Assembly (NCBI GenBank): GCA_045595165.1
Contig: JAZNZY010000021.1
Coordinates: forward strand, 51,382-115,381
Length of the DNA: 64,000 bases
DNA from: Eubacteriales bacterium
GTDB taxonomy: Bacteria; Bacillota; Clostridia; Oscillospirales; CAG-382
Reading direction: 5' to 3'
The position numbers and the translations under genes were made by a program. This document shows, one piece after another, positions 19,156 through 30,510 of this stretch. The first letter of the stretch is position 1; the number at the start of each line of letters is the position of its first letter. The notes under the pieces are model-generated. The model saw only the letters and a program-made list of their open reading frames with translations, had not been told where the DNA came from and made no database searches.

Positions 19156-19860
19156 TTAATTTTCAAGAATTGTTCCCACGGTTTCGTCCATAGCCGCGGT
19201 GTATATGTTGTCCGGCTTATCAAGCCTGAACATAAGTACCTTAAGGTCGTTTTCTCTGCCCAGCGCGCCTGCGGCAGTGTCTATTGCGTGGAGATCCTTT
19301 TCCAGCATCTCCGCATAGGTGATACGGTCATACTTAACCGCATCGGGATATTTTGCAGGGTCTTTATCATAGATACCGTCTATATTCTTTGCAAACATAG
19401 CCACGTCTGCCTTGATCTCCGCCGCGCGAAGCAAAGCGCCCGTGTCCGTAGTGAAGAAGGGATATCCCGTTCCGCAGGCAAGCACTATCGCCTTGCCGTT
19501 TTCCAGATGCTCGATCGCCTTGTACTGGGAATATACCTCGCAGATCTGTGTCATGGGAACAGCGCTCATAACCACGCAGGGTGCACCTGCTTTGATTATG
19601 GCGTCCTGAATGGCAAGAGAATTTATCATAGTACCCATCATACCCATATGGTCGCCGCGGACTCTGTCTATATTATGTCCGTGCTGTCTGCCGCCGCGCC
19701 AGATATTTCCCGCGCCGCAGACAATGGCTATCTGCATACCCTCGTCCATACATTTTTTAATATTCTCGCCCGTTTCCTTTAAAAATACGGGATCCAGAAT
19801 ATTGTCCTTACCGGAGAGTGCCTCGCCGGAAAGCTTTAATAAAATGCGTTTGTACTTCAT
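19156..19860 (-). CDS. pyrH: UMP kinase
   Basis: YKRILLKLSGEAL, GGGNIWRG, TTDTGALLRA. Confidence 0.93.
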   Translation of the reverse strand: MKYKRILLKLSGEALSGKDNILDPVFLKETGENIKKCMDEGMQIAIVCGAGNIWRGGRQHGHNIDRVRGDHMGMMGTMINSLAIQDAIIKAGAPCVVMSAVPMTQICEVYSQYKAIEHLENGKAIVLACGTGYPFFTTDTGALLRAAEIKADVAMFAKNIDGIYDKDPAKYPDAVKYDRITYAEMLEKDLHAIDTAAGALGRENDLKVLMFRLDKPDNIYTAAMDETVGTILEN

Positions 19861-19865
19861 TGCCT

Positions 19866-21209
19866 TTATTCCCCCTGTGTATCTGTAAACTGAATTAGCT
19901 GTATATCAATATATTCGTTCCAGCCCAGCATAAATGCGGTGAGCGGGCTTACCGAATAATCCTGCAAAGGAAGGGATAAGTATTTTTTGCTCAGCAGTAT
20001 ATCGTCGGGAAACAGCTTTTGTATATCTGCGGTGTCTTCTCTGCCGTAAAGCAGTTCACCTCCGCAAAGCTGAAGCAGCATATATACGTAGCTGGAGGGC
20101 TCGTGCCCCGCGTTTTTGGAATAATAGAACATAGCGCGCTCGCCGTAATAGGTGAGATAGTCCGTATTTTCTTTATCGCAGGGGATGCAGTAATCATCGC
20201 CGTTTTTCCACACGTGGAACAAAACGCACACTCCGTCGTATCCTGCCGGGGTATTCTTTTCTATATACCCGTTAACATCGACGTACACTGTATCCTGAAA
20301 CATAATATCCAGAAACGCCATTTCGTAATTCTGAGGTACGGTATGGCTGTGAACGTAAAAGAGAGACTGGGTATCTATTGCAAGATTTGCCGAAGCAAAG
20401 CCGCGGCTTTTGTTTACGATCCATTCGCAGGCACGGTCTATATTTTCCTCCACGGTTTTGCGGTTGGCTTCCGTCCAGGAGGTAAAGGTATCGTTAAGAA
20501 AAACGTTTAATACAAGTATCTTTCCCGTAAGCTTGGGCATACTTCCCGCATTCTGCCGTGTGCCCAGATATATACTCTCCGACCAGCCGTTAGAAAGCTG
20601 TGAATCTATTTCGCTCTGAAGATACGCGAAATACAGACTGTTTTTAAGCTTCCATTTGCCGTCAACGTTTTCCAGCCCCAATTCCAGCGTTTTGCCGGAT
20701 ATTTTTACGGATATTACCGCCTCGGTATCATCAAAAGAGGTAACGGAAACCGATGCGTTTTTCGCCGATTTGGCGAAATCGTTTATATAGGTGTAATTAT
20801 ATTCTGCCTTGCCCTCGTTGTTTATAACCGAATCCGGTCCGTAATCGGGATAAGACAGCATTCTTTCCTTTACTTCGGCGGAAGAATAAGTGTTATCCGC
20901 CATAACGGAAAGCACCTCATAATACTCGTAATCGCCGCGGGCGGGAGTATATGCGTTTTTCTCGCTGCCGTCTGCCAGCGTTCCACCCGCAAAAATGCCC
21001 ATAAGAACAATATCGTCATTTACAAGCTGCTGTGCGCGGGAAACAAGCTCCTCCATTCCCACGGGGGAATAATCCTCATCGGAAGCGGTATCGGAACCGT
21101 TTTCCTCCGCCGAAGAGGTATCCGAAATATCGGACGTATCCTGCGGCGCATCGGTGCAGGAGCAAAGGCAGACAAGACATATTAAAATTAAAACTAAAAG
21201 CTTTTTCAA
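19866..21209 (-). CDS. hypothetical lipoprotein
   Basis: Lipobox LVCLCSC. The ORF track starts at a TTG at 21224. I prefer the TTG at 21209, giving (M)KKLLVLIL with GGAG 9 nt upstream. An acidic Ser/Asp-rich linker follows the lipobox. No family recognised. Confidence 0.65.
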   Translation of the reverse strand: MKKLLVLILICLVCLCSCTDAPQDTSDISDTSSAEENGSDTASDEDYSPVGMEELVSRAQQLVNDDIVLMGIFAGGTLADGSEKNAYTPARGDYEYYEVLSVMADNTYSSAEVKERMLSYPDYGPDSVINNEGKAEYNYTYINDFAKSAKNASVSVTSFDDTEAVISVKISGKTLELGLENVDGKWKLKNSLYFAYLQSEIDSQLSNGWSESIYLGTRQNAGSMPKLTGKILVLNVFLNDTFTSWTEANRKTVEENIDRACEWIVNKSRGFASANLAIDTQSLFYVHSHTVPQNYEMAFLDIMFQDTVYVDVNGYIEKNTPAGYDGVCVLFHVWKNGDDYCIPCDKENTDYLTYYGERAMFYYSKNAGHEPSSYVYMLLQLCGGELLYGREDTADIQKLFPDDILLSKKYLSLPLQDYSVSPLTAFMLGWNEYIDIQLIQFTDTQGE

Positions 21210-21264
21210 ACAAATCAACTCCAAAAAACTAAGGGGAAAAGAGAAATATATACTTAATCAGTTA

Positions 21265-21293
21265 ATTATAGCAGAATACTTGAATATAATCAA
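21265..21293 (-). promoter_or_regulatory. sigma-A type promoter (TTGATT-17-TATAAT) for the lipoprotein-pyrH-frr operon
   Basis: Minus strand has ttgatt (21293-21288), a 17-nt spacer and tataat (21270-21265). Confidence 0.6.
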
Positions 21294-21297
21294 CCTT

Positions 21298-21918
21298 TTA
21301 AACGAATTTCTCCATTTTTTCATTGTAAAGACCGGTTCTGGTAATGAGATGGGAACGCACTTTATCCCCCAGATAACCAATAGCAAGAGCGGGGTTAAGA
21401 CAGCGGTTGCAGGCGGCGCATACCGTCATTTCCACGGTTCCGTCCTTTACGGACACGCTCTTAATAAATTCGGAAATATCCACGTCCTTATATCCGCTTT
21501 TGGTCTTTTTGTTTATAACCATTTCGCCGGAAAGCTCATCCCGTATCTCATCATCGGACATATCCGTATCCAGCTTAATGGAATAGGTGGCGTAAGCGCA
21601 CTCCGAAATATCCATAACGGGAGAAGCGGTATACAGCACCTCAAGTCCTTCGGGAAGCGCGCGGTTTATTGCCGCGGTGATGGCCTCAAAGGAAACGTCA
21701 TCGTTATGTATGCGGAAATCTGCCGCCTCGTAAACGCTTTCCTGAAAAATGGAGAGAGGCTGTATAAAAACCAATCTTACGTGGGGGTTATATCCCTCGG
21801 TATACACTATATCCAATCCGCTTCTTACCAGAGCGCGGGAGATAGCGCGGGAGATATCAAGATGGGAAATATAACGCACCGTGCCTTTTTTGGAAAAGAA
21901 CATTCTTACCGACAGCAT
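21298..21918 (-). CDS. radical-SAM-associated protein (DUF2344 / TIGR03936-like)
   Basis: FSKKGTVRYISHLDISRAISRAL...GYNPHVRL, immediately downstream of and overlapping the radical SAM gene. The start may instead be the Met at 21903. Confidence 0.75.
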   Translation of the reverse strand: MLSVRMFFSKKGTVRYISHLDISRAISRALVRSGLDIVYTEGYNPHVRLVFIQPLSIFQESVYEAADFRIHNDDVSFEAITAAINRALPEGLEVLYTASPVMDISECAYATYSIKLDTDMSDDEIRDELSGEMVINKKTKSGYKDVDISEFIKSVSVKDGTVEMTVCAACNRCLNPALAIGYLGDKVRSHLITRTGLYNEKMEKFV

Positions 21919-23744
21919 TTTCTCTCACCTCCCAGTTTGTTTGCGCCGCAGGCAGAGCATTGCGTGCGGCAATCGGGCGTGGTAACGCCCAAGCGGGCTC
22001 TTTCGCTTTCACGGATCAAAAATTCCTTGGTTACGCCGCAATCGATATGGTCCCAAGGCAAAATCTCATCATAGGACATTTGTCTGTTGGCGTAAAAGGC
22101 GGGGTCTAACCCTACGGAAGCGAAAATATCCATCCATTTTTCGAAATCGAAGCATTCGTCCCAGCCGTCAAACCGCTGTCCCCGCTTGTTTGCTTCAACG
22201 AGGGCGCCGGAAAGCTTTCTGTTGCCCTTGGCAAAGATGGCTTCCACGTGGGAAACCTTGGATTCGTGCCAGGAATATCTTATTTTGCGGGTCTTTATGT
22301 TATCACGAAGGAGCATTTGCTTTCTGCGCAATTCCTCCATAGTATCCTGCTTTTCCCACTGGAAGGGGGTAAAGGGCTTGGGCACGAAGCAGGAAACGGA
22401 TATACCCACCTCCACCTTTCTGCCGGGACGCTTTACGGAATAAAATTCGTCCACTATACTCTGGGAAAGGTTGGCAATACCCACGATATCCTCATCGGTT
22501 TCGGTGGGAAGACCATTCATAAAGTACAGTTTAAGAGAATTTCTGCCTCCGTCAAAGGCTTTGCGGCAGGCGGAGAGTATCTCTTCCTCCGTAATGTTTT
22601 TGTTTATAACGTCGCGCAGACGCTGTGTACCCGCTTCGGGAGCGAAGGTCATACCGCTTTTGCGAACGCTCATTACCTTTTCCATCAATTCCTCATAAAA
22701 CGCGTCTATACGCTGGGAAGGGAGAGAAAGGGAAACTTTTTTTTCGTCCGTCCATAAAAGAAGCTTATCTATAAGCTCGGGAAGGCGGGTATAGTCCGAA
22801 ACGGACAGGCAGGAAAGGGACATTTCCGAATATCCCGTGTTTTCAAAGCATTCCTTGGCGCAGGCGTTAATAACGTCGGGAGTTTTTTCACGGTAAGGAC
22901 GGTACACCATACCTGCCTGACAAAATCTGCATCCTCTTATACAGCCGCGGAATATTTCCATAACGATACGGTCGTGGACGGTTTCGATATAAGGTATCTC
23001 CGAATTCACGGGGTAATATACCTTATCCAGATCTTTTATTATTCTCTTTGTGATCTTTGCGGGCACGCCGTCGTGAGGAGTAAATGAGCGTATGGTACCG
23101 TCGGAATTATACTCCACATCGTAAAGAGAAGGAACGTAAAATCCATCAAGAGTGGTGGCGGCAAGGAAAAGGAATTCTTTTTTCGTCTTGCCCTCTCTTT
23201 TACATTTTCTGTAAAGCTCCACCAATTCGGGAATAGCCTCTTCCCCTTCGCCGATAGAGAAAACATCCACAAAATCAGCCACGGGCTCGGGGTTATAGGT
23301 GCAGGGACCGCCTGCGATTATAAGGGGATGCTCTTCCCCTCTGTCCTTGGCAAGCAAGGGGATGTCCGCAAGGGAGAGCATATTTACCATATTGGTATAG
23401 CAAAGCTCATATTGAAGAGTGAAAGCAACTATATCAAACTTATCTAAAGGATCGCCCGTTTCAAGGGAAAACAGCTTTGTGCCCGTCCGGCGCATAAGCT
23501 CTTCCATATCCACCCAAGGAGCAAAGGCTTTTTCGCACCACACACCGTCAAGACGGTTTACACAGCCCATAAGTATTTTCATACCCAGATTGGACATACC
23601 GATCTCGTATGTATCGGGGAAGCAAAAGCACATACGGGTATCCACTTCATCGAGGTTTTTCCGTGTTTCGCCGTATTCGTTGCCCGTGTATCTGCCCGGC
23701 TTTTCCACGCGGGAAAGCAGGTGGGAATATCTGTCTGTATTCAT
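21906..23744 (-). CDS. B12-binding-domain radical SAM protein (TIGR03960-like)
   Basis: CxxxCxxC motif FRGCIRGCRFCQAG. N-terminal B12-like region. 612 aa. Confidence 0.8.
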   Translation of the reverse strand: MNTDRYSHLLSRVEKPGRYTGNEYGETRKNLDEVDTRMCFCFPDTYEIGMSNLGMKILMGCVNRLDGVWCEKAFAPWVDMEELMRRTGTKLFSLETGDPLDKFDIVAFTLQYELCYTNMVNMLSLADIPLLAKDRGEEHPLIIAGGPCTYNPEPVADFVDVFSIGEGEEAIPELVELYRKCKREGKTKKEFLFLAATTLDGFYVPSLYDVEYNSDGTIRSFTPHDGVPAKITKRIIKDLDKVYYPVNSEIPYIETVHDRIVMEIFRGCIRGCRFCQAGMVYRPYREKTPDVINACAKECFENTGYSEMSLSCLSVSDYTRLPELIDKLLLWTDEKKVSLSLPSQRIDAFYEELMEKVMSVRKSGMTFAPEAGTQRLRDVINKNITEEEILSACRKAFDGGRNSLKLYFMNGLPTETDEDIVGIANLSQSIVDEFYSVKRPGRKVEVGISVSCFVPKPFTPFQWEKQDTMEELRRKQMLLRDNIKTRKIRYSWHESKVSHVEAIFAKGNRKLSGALVEANKRGQRFDGWDECFDFEKWMDIFASVGLDPAFYANRQMSYDEILPWDHIDCGVTKEFLIRESERARLGVTTPDCRTQCSACGANKLGGERKCCR

Positions 23745-23746
23745 AG

Positions 23747-24847
23747 TTATTCGGTTACCTCGCTTTCGGGAGTGAATATATCGGCGCCGCCGTGCATCGC
23801 GGCGTGGAATTCGTTTACAAGAATGGTGATCGCCTTGAATTTATCATAGGATTCGGTCTTGCTTACGTCGCTTTTGCTGAGTATTACCAGCACGTAAGGA
23901 TGCTCGCCCAGATACACAGCACCATCGTGGAGAGAAGGCTCGATACCGTTGTCCTCTCCGTATTTGTGGCCAACGGGAATACCGCCCTCCACGGAGGTGA
24001 TAAGCTCGTTATAGGTAGTCCTCTGCATAAGTTCAAGAACCCACACACCCTTTTCGTCCTGCGTGGAGTATTCATAAATATCCTTCATCATAACTGCAAG
24101 ATCGGGTGCGGAGATAAGACCGAATTTATACCAGGTAGGCGCACCTACGTTGGTGTTTTTATTGCCGATAGAGGCAAGGTAATCGGAAAACGCCTGCTGA
24201 CCGTACTTTTTGAGCAGGTGCACGTAGGCGGTGTTATCGGATTCGGTGATCATTATTTCCATAAGATATTCCGCGGTATAGGATTTACCCACGTCGCCGC
24301 TTTTAAGCACGCCCGAACCGCCGTAATATTTGGTTATGGCGATCTCTTCCGTAAGATCTGCCCCGCTTTTAAGTATAAACACGGCGAGAGAAGGCTTTAT
24401 TACGGAGCAGGTCTGGTAAATGGTGGTGGTGTTATACGCCATGTGACAGCCCGTTTCCAGATCTATATATACGAAAGCAAAATTATCCTTTGCGTTGCCG
24501 GTGTAGCCCTCAAGCATATATTTTTCGTCTGTGGGGAAAACAAACTTGTTTCCCGTGCTGTAAAGAGTTTCCATAAAGGTTTTAAGGTTTTGGAATTCAA
24601 AATCCGCTGCGGAAGAATCAAAATTGTATTCCAGTCTTCCGTCCTTTACCAAATCCGTTTTTTCAAACAGATTTACGGGGATATACACGCTCTCTTCGCT
24701 TATTTCGCTTTCTTCGGGAACGGAAGTATCGGAAATATCGCTGCTTTCGTTTTCCACGGAAGTGTCAGGCACGGAAACGCCTCCCTCGGCTTCACAGGAA
24801 GCGAGGAGGAGGCACAAAGCCAAGAGAAGTATTATAAGCTTTTTCAT
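23747..24847 (-). CDS. lipoprotein, class-A beta-lactamase-fold serine hydrolase
   Basis: Start moved to MKKLIILLLALCLLLASC (lipobox). SxxK motif (CSVIK), SDN motif (TESDNTAY) and a KTG-like HKYG. Confidence 0.7.
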   Translation of the reverse strand: MKKLIILLLALCLLLASCEAEGGVSVPDTSVENESSDISDTSVPEESEISEESVYIPVNLFEKTDLVKDGRLEYNFDSSAADFEFQNLKTFMETLYSTGNKFVFPTDEKYMLEGYTGNAKDNFAFVYIDLETGCHMAYNTTTIYQTCSVIKPSLAVFILKSGADLTEEIAITKYYGGSGVLKSGDVGKSYTAEYLMEIMITESDNTAYVHLLKKYGQQAFSDYLASIGNKNTNVGAPTWYKFGLISAPDLAVMMKDIYEYSTQDEKGVWVLELMQRTTYNELITSVEGGIPVGHKYGEDNGIEPSLHDGAVYLGEHPYVLVILSKSDVSKTESYDKFKAITILVNEFHAAMHGGADIFTPESEVTE

Positions 24848-24849
24848 AT

Positions 24850-27645
24850 TCAAAGCACCTTTCTTAAGAACTGTCCCGTATAGCTGTTTTCGCAAGCCGC
24901 GATCTGCTCGGGAGTGCCTGTGGCAACGATAGTTCCGCCGCCGTCGCCCCCTTCGGGACCTAAATCTATAATATGGTCTGCGGTTTTGATAAGATCGAGG
25001 TTGTGCTCGATAACCACCACGGTATTGCCCCCGTCAACCAGACGGTGAAGCACGTCGTTAAGCTTGTCCACATCATAGCTGTGGAGTCCCGTGGTGGGCT
25101 CATCAAGTATATACAGAGTCTTTCCCGTACTGCGGCGGGCAAGCTCGGTAGCCAGCTTTACTCTTTGAGCTTCGCCGCCTGAAAGAGTGGTGGAGGACTG
25201 ACCGATCTTGATATATCCCAAGCCTACCTCGGAAAGAGTCTTAAGACGGCGGTAAATAGACTGGTAGTTTGCGAAAAACTCCATACCCTCGTCAACCGTC
25301 ATTTCCAAAACGTCGTAAATATTCTTGCCCTTGTATTTTACCTCAAGGGTTTCTCTGTTGTAGCGTCTGCCCTTGCACACGTCGCATTTAACGTATACGT
25401 CGGGAAGAAAATGCATTTCTATTTTTATGGTTCCGTCGCCCTCGCAGGCTTCGCATCTGCCGCCCTTTATATTAAAGGAAAATCTGCCGTCCTTGTAGCC
25501 TCTCGCCTTTGCATCGGGAGTAGATGCGTACAAAGCGCGTATATCCGTAAACATACCCGTATAGGTGGCGGGATTTGAACGGGGAGTGCGTCCTATAGGG
25601 GATTGGTCTATCTGAATGACCTTGTCTATATTCTCAAGCCCCTCAATGCCCCCGCATTTGCCGGGGTGGGCGCTTAATCTGCCAAGAGCGCGGGCGGCTC
25701 CCTCGCACAACACGGAATTTACCAAAGAGGATTTACCGCTGCCCGAAACACCCGTCACGCAAATAAGCTTGCCCAAGGGGAATTCCACATCTATATTTTT
25801 AAGGTTGTTCTGGGTTGCGCCCTTAACGGTGAGATACAACCCGTTTCCGCCGCGGCGGGTGGAAGGTACGGGAATTTTTCTTCTGCCGGAAAGGTATTCG
25901 GCGGTGATGGAATCTTCCGCCTTTAAAAGTTCATCGGGCGTGCCGGAAAACAGCACTTCCCCTCCCCTTACGCCTGCGTAGGGACCGATATCCACGATAT
26001 GGTCTGCACTCATCATGGTTTCCTCATCGTGCTCAACAACAAGCACGGTGTTTCCCAGATCCCGCAGGGATTTAAGGGTGTTGATAAGCTTGATATTATC
26101 ACGTTGATGCAGTCCTATACTGGGCTCGTCAAGCACGTACATAACCCCCACCAGCGCGCTTCCTACCTGAGTGGCAAGGCGTATTCTCTGGGCTTCGCCG
26201 CCCGAAAGACTGCCTGCGGCACGGGAAAGAGTGAGATATTCCAGACCTACGTTTTCAAGAAATCCGAGGCGGGAGTTTATCTCCTTCAATATCTCCTTGG
26301 CAACCGCCTTTTCGGTTTCCGTAAGGGAAAGATTTTTAAAGAATTCACGGAGTTTGGACACGGACAGTTCGCACAGCTCGTGGATATTTTTGCCCCCAAC
26401 GGTGACCGCCAGCGCTTCGGGACGGAGTCTTCTTCCCTCGCAGGAAGGACAGGGTACGTTATCCATAAAGGCTTCGTAATATTCGCGGGATTCGGGAGAG
26501 GTGTTGGAATCGTATCTCCGCTTTACCATATTAACGATACCCTCGAACTTGGGTATACTGTAGCTTCTGCGGGCATATTTGTTGCCGTACAAAAGCACGT
26601 GCAAGCCGTCTTCGGTCATATCCTGAATAGGCGTATGAACGTCCCAGCCGTAGTGCTTGCCCACGGAATTAAACAGCTCGTAGGTATAGCTGCCCGGATC
26701 AAAGGTTTTGAATCCGTTACAGATTACCGCCCCCGAAAAAAGGGAAAGAGATTTATCGGGAATAAGTCTATCGGGCGAAACCACGTAGTTCATACCGATA
26801 CCCGAGCAATCCTCGCAGGCGCCCACAGGGCTGTTAAAGGAAAACAAACGAGGCTCCAATTCCCCGAGAGAAATACCGTGCTCGGGGCAGGCGTAATTCT
26901 GGGAAAAGCGCAAAACCTCTCCCGTATCTGCCAGCATTATCTTTATAATACCGTTTGAAAGTCCTGCGGCGGTTTCGATACTGTCCGTAAGGCGGGAGGA
27001 AATACCCTCCGCCCGCATAACAAGACGGTCAACGACTATATCTATATCGTGCTTTAAGTTTTTGTCCAGTGCGGGAACTTCGGAAAGATCGTACAGCGTC
27101 CCGTCAACGTACGCGCGGACAAAGCCCCCTCTGCGGGCGTCGTCAAGCACCTTTTCGTGCATGCCTTTTTTGCCCGAAACCACGGGAGAAAGCACCATAA
27201 AACGGGTGCCGTCCTCCATAGTGAGCACACGGGAAACGATCTCGTCTATGCTTTGCTGTTTTATGGGAATTCCGCACACGGGGCAATGAGGTATGCCGAT
27301 ACGGGCGTACATAAGACGGATGTAATCGTATATTTCGGTAACCGTGCCCACGGTGGAGCGGGGGTTTTTGGATGTAGTCTTTTGGTCGATAGCTATAGCG
27401 GGCGAAAGACCTTCGATAAAATCTACGTCCGGCTTATCAAGCTGACCCAAAAACTGTCTTGCATAAGAGGACAGAGATTCCACGAACCGTCTGTGTCCCT
27501 CCGCATAAATGGTATCGAAGGCGAGGGAGGATTTGCCCGAGCCCGAAAGCCCCGTAAAGACGGTAAGCTTATTGCGGGGAACGGTAACGGAAATATCCTT
27601 TAAATTGTGTGTACGTGCGCCTTTTACCTTGATTTCTGTTTCCAT
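24850..27645 (-). CDS. uvrA: excinuclease ABC subunit A
   Basis: 931 aa. [14 protein letters not shown] and [11 protein letters not shown] Walker A motifs plus zinc-finger CxxC pairs. Confidence 0.96.
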   Translation of the reverse strand: METEIKVKGARTHNLKDISVTVPRNKLTVFTGLSGSGKSSLAFDTIYAEGHRRFVESLSSYARQFLGQLDKPDVDFIEGLSPAIAIDQKTTSKNPRSTVGTVTEIYDYIRLMYARIGIPHCPVCGIPIKQQSIDEIVSRVLTMEDGTRFMVLSPVVSGKKGMHEKVLDDARRGGFVRAYVDGTLYDLSEVPALDKNLKHDIDIVVDRLVMRAEGISSRLTDSIETAAGLSNGIIKIMLADTGEVLRFSQNYACPEHGISLGELEPRLFSFNSPVGACEDCSGIGMNYVVSPDRLIPDKSLSLFSGAVICNGFKTFDPGSYTYELFNSVGKHYGWDVHTPIQDMTEDGLHVLLYGNKYARRSYSIPKFEGIVNMVKRRYDSNTSPESREYYEAFMDNVPCPSCEGRRLRPEALAVTVGGKNIHELCELSVSKLREFFKNLSLTETEKAVAKEILKEINSRLGFLENVGLEYLTLSRAAGSLSGGEAQRIRLATQVGSALVGVMYVLDEPSIGLHQRDNIKLINTLKSLRDLGNTVLVVEHDEETMMSADHIVDIGPYAGVRGGEVLFSGTPDELLKAEDSITAEYLSGRRKIPVPSTRRGGNGLYLTVKGATQNNLKNIDVEFPLGKLICVTGVSGSGKSSLVNSVLCEGAARALGRLSAHPGKCGGIEGLENIDKVIQIDQSPIGRTPRSNPATYTGMFTDIRALYASTPDAKARGYKDGRFSFNIKGGRCEACEGDGTIKIEMHFLPDVYVKCDVCKGRRYNRETLEVKYKGKNIYDVLEMTVDEGMEFFANYQSIYRRLKTLSEVGLGYIKIGQSSTTLSGGEAQRVKLATELARRSTGKTLYILDEPTTGLHSYDVDKLNDVLHRLVDGGNTVVVIEHNLDLIKTADHIIDLGPEGGDGGGTIVATGTPEQIAACENSYTGQFLRKVL

Positions 27646-27654
27646 ATATTTTCC

Positions 27655-29604
27655 TTACATTAAACGTTTGATTCTGTCACGCAGTGCGGCGGCGGTTTCG
27701 AAATCCAGCACCTTTGCCGCTTCCTTCATTTGCTTTGTAAGCGCTTCTATTTGCTTCTTCTTTTGGCTTTCGCTCATCTTCTTGGGGTCCGCCTGCTCAT
27801 TGACCGCGCCCGTGATAGCGATAGGATCACGAAGCTCTTTTACAATACTCTTGGGAGTGATACCGTGCTTTTCGTTATACTCCTGCTGAATCTTACGACG
27901 GCGGTTGGTTTCGTTTATGGCTCTTTCCATAGAGCCCGTTATTTTGTCACCGTACATAATTACCCTGCCGTTTACGTGGCGGGCGGCTCTGCCGATGGTC
28001 TGAACAAGGCTTGTTTCGCTGCGCAAAAAGCCTTCTTTGTCTGCATCCAGAATAGCCACGAGGGAAACCTCGGGCAGGTCCAAGCCTTCACGAAGCAGGT
28101 TTATTCCCACCAGCACGTCGATAGTACCCTTGCGCAGGTCGCGGATAAGCTCCATACGCTCCATAGCGTCTATATCGTGGTGCATATAACGGCACTTTAC
28201 GTCGGCGGAGATAAGGTATTCCGAAAGGTCCTCCGCCATTTTCTTGGTAAGAGTGGTAACCAGAACACGCTCTCCTTTGTCTGTACGGAGGCGGATCTCG
28301 GTAAGCAGATCGTCTACCTGACCTTTTACGGGGCGCACCTCCACCTCGGGATCCAAAAGTCCCGTAGGGCGGATGATCTGCTCCGCTATCTGCTGTGAAC
28401 GCTCCTTTTCGAAGGGGGCGGGAGTTGCGGAAACGTAAAGGGTTGCCCCTTTTTTATCCAAAAATTCACCGAAATTAAGGGGGCGGTTATCAAACGCCGA
28501 GGGCAGACGGAAGCCGTAATCTATAAGATTTTTCTTTCTGGCGTAATCACCGCCCGACATTCCCCGTACCTGTGGCACGGTAACGTGGCTTTCGTCGATC
28601 AAAAGCAGGTAATCTGCAGGGAAAAAGTCCAAAAGTGTATAGGGTGTGCTTCCCGGCTTTCTGCCTGCAAGCACACGGGAATAGTTTTCCACTCCCGAGC
28701 AAAAGCCCATTTCCCGTATCTGCTCCGCATCAAAGAGCACTCGCTCGCGGATGCGCTGTGCTTCCACGTATTTTTGCTGTTTTTCGAAATATTCTATTCT
28801 TTCGTCCAGTTCTTCTAAAATTTCGTGTATTGCCGCTTCCCGCTTTTCCTCGGAGGTAACGTAATGGGATGCGGGATATATGGCGGCGTGGGAAAGGCGT
28901 GCGTTTATCTCACCCGTGACCGTGTCCACCTGAGAGATGCGGTCGATCTCGTCCCCGAACAATTCCACGCGGTATGCGTATCTGTCCGAATTAGGGGGGA
29001 ATATCTCTATAACGTCGCCGCGGACACGGAAATTGTTTCTGTCAAAGCCGATATCGGAGCGGGAAAACTGCAGGGACACCAGCCGTTTTATAAGGTCCCG
29101 CTGGGGGAATATCATTCCCGGGCGGAGGGAGATAACGTTTCTGCCGTATTCCTCGGGATCGCCGAGAGAATATATGCAGGAAACGGAAGAAACCACGATA
29201 ACATCGCGCCTTTCCATAAGTGCCGTGGTGGCGGAATGGCGGAGCTTGTCTATCTCCGAGTTAATGGAAGCGTCCTTTTCAATATAAATATCCTTGCCGG
29301 GGACGTATGCTTCGGGTTGGTAATAATCGTAATAGGAAACAAAGTATTCCACCGCGTTTTCGGGAAAGAATTCGCGAAACTCACTGCAAAGCTGGGCGGC
29401 AAGTGTTTTGTTGTGGGCAAGCACAAGGGTGGGACGGTTTGCCGCGGCAATAACGTTTGCCATGGTAAAGGTCTTTCCCGAACCGGTAACGCCTACCAGG
29501 GTCTGGTCGGTATAGCCCTTGTCCAGCCCTTCGCAAAGAGCGCGTATCGCCTCGGGCTGGTCACCCGTCGCCGCAAAGGGAGATACCAGCTTGAACTTAT
29601 CCAT
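27655..29604 (-). CDS. uvrB: excinuclease ABC subunit B
   Basis: [16 protein letters not shown] box, and a C-terminal UVR domain ([14 protein letters not shown]). Confidence 0.96.
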   Translation of the reverse strand: MDKFKLVSPFAATGDQPEAIRALCEGLDKGYTDQTLVGVTGSGKTFTMANVIAAANRPTLVLAHNKTLAAQLCSEFREFFPENAVEYFVSYYDYYQPEAYVPGKDIYIEKDASINSEIDKLRHSATTALMERRDVIVVSSVSCIYSLGDPEEYGRNVISLRPGMIFPQRDLIKRLVSLQFSRSDIGFDRNNFRVRGDVIEIFPPNSDRYAYRVELFGDEIDRISQVDTVTGEINARLSHAAIYPASHYVTSEEKREAAIHEILEELDERIEYFEKQQKYVEAQRIRERVLFDAEQIREMGFCSGVENYSRVLAGRKPGSTPYTLLDFFPADYLLLIDESHVTVPQVRGMSGGDYARKKNLIDYGFRLPSAFDNRPLNFGEFLDKKGATLYVSATPAPFEKERSQQIAEQIIRPTGLLDPEVEVRPVKGQVDDLLTEIRLRTDKGERVLVTTLTKKMAEDLSEYLISADVKCRYMHHDIDAMERMELIRDLRKGTIDVLVGINLLREGLDLPEVSLVAILDADKEGFLRSETSLVQTIGRAARHVNGRVIMYGDKITGSMERAINETNRRRKIQQEYNEKHGITPKSIVKELRDPIAITGAVNEQADPKKMSESQKKKQIEALTKQMKEAAKVLDFETAAALRDRIKRLM

Positions 29605-29752
29605 TTTTCCCGCCTCCTTAAAAGCAACAACTTATCATTTTATTCTAACACGAAAAGGTGAAAAAATAAAGTATTTTTGATGAATTCGCAAAAAAAGAAA
29701 GAGGAAACGTGTCTTTTCCCCCCAAAAAATACAAAAAATTCACATTCAGTCT

Positions 29753-29781
29753 ATTGCCTTTTTCGGGCGGGTGGTATATAA
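29753..29781 (+). promoter_or_regulatory. sigma-A type promoter (TTGCCT-17-TATAAT)
   Basis: ttgcct at 29753-29758, tataat at 29776-29781, about 27 nt upstream of the ATG at 29808. Confidence 0.55.
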
Positions 29782-29807
29782 TACGGGAAGAAAGCGAGGA
29801 AACACAC

Positions 29808-30350
29808 ATGAAAAAGACAATTTTTGCCCTTATTGCGGCTTGTATGATATTTTCTCTTTGCGCCTGCGGAAGCGGCGAAACGCCTGACGTTAACGTGCCC
29901 GAAGGAATGACATACGTTAAAAACGAAATACTTGCGGTTTCTATGTGCTACCCTCTGGAATGGAGCGTTGACAGAAACGACGGTATGCTGTCCCTCCTCA
30001 AGGACACCTCCTCTTCTTCCATGGTAAGCACCTACGCCAGCCTTTCCGTTACCAAATACGGTACTGATGCCCAGAATTACAAGGATTACTGGAAGACATA
30101 CGAAGAAAGACTTGCAGACGAGCTTAACGAGTACAAGGCTGTAAAGAATGAAGAGATAAAGGTGGACGGAAACACCGCGGGTAAATACCACTACACCGCA
30201 AAGGTAGACGGAAGCACTTATCATTTCGTTCAGGTAGTTGCTGTAGGCGGTTATTCTGCGTACATAATCACTCTCACCGCCAGCGAAGCCGACTATGAAA
30301 GCGTGAGCGCTGATTTTGATAAAATAATTTCTAATTTTTATTTCAATTAG
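29808..30350 (+). CDS. hypothetical lipoprotein
   Basis: Start moved to MKKTIFALIAACMIFSLCAC (lipobox) with RBS gaggaa. The upstream extension in the ORF track overlaps the promoter. Confidence 0.7.
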   Translation: MKKTIFALIAACMIFSLCACGSGETPDVNVPEGMTYVKNEILAVSMCYPLEWSVDRNDGMLSLLKDTSSSSMVSTYASLSVTKYGTDAQNYKDYWKTYEERLADELNEYKAVKNEEIKVDGNTAGKYHYTAKVDGSTYHFVQVVAVGGYSAYIITLTASEADYESVSADFDKIISNFYFN

Positions 30351-30397
30351 GTATTGACAAACCAAAAGACTTGTGATATACTTTACAAGTCGAACAC

Positions 30398-30474
30398 GGG
30401 GGCTTAGCTCAGTTGGTTAGAGCACCTGCCTTACAAGCAGGGGGTCACAGGTTCGAGTCCTGTAGCCCCCACCA
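30398..30474 (+). tRNA. tRNA-Val (anticodon TAC), CCA encoded
   Basis: GGGGGCT-TA-GCTCAGTTGGTTAGAGC-A-CCTGC-CTTACAA-GCAGG-GGGTC-ACAGG-TTCGAGT-CCTGT-AGCCCCC-A-CCA. Confidence 0.93.
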
Positions 30475-30508
30475 AAAAAGAACGAAGCACAAGCTTCGTT
30501 CTTTTTTT
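30475..30508 (+). terminator. rho-independent terminator of tRNA-Val
   Basis: gaacgaagc-acaa-gcttcgttc followed by T7. Confidence 0.85.
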
Positions 30509-30510
30509 AT

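Noticed and set aside
29605-29720. Expected a LexA (Cheo-type GAAC-N4-GTTC) box upstream of uvrB.
   Set aside because: Reading the uvrB upstream region on both strands, I found no GAAC-N4-GTTC or close variant. No SOS box is claimed.
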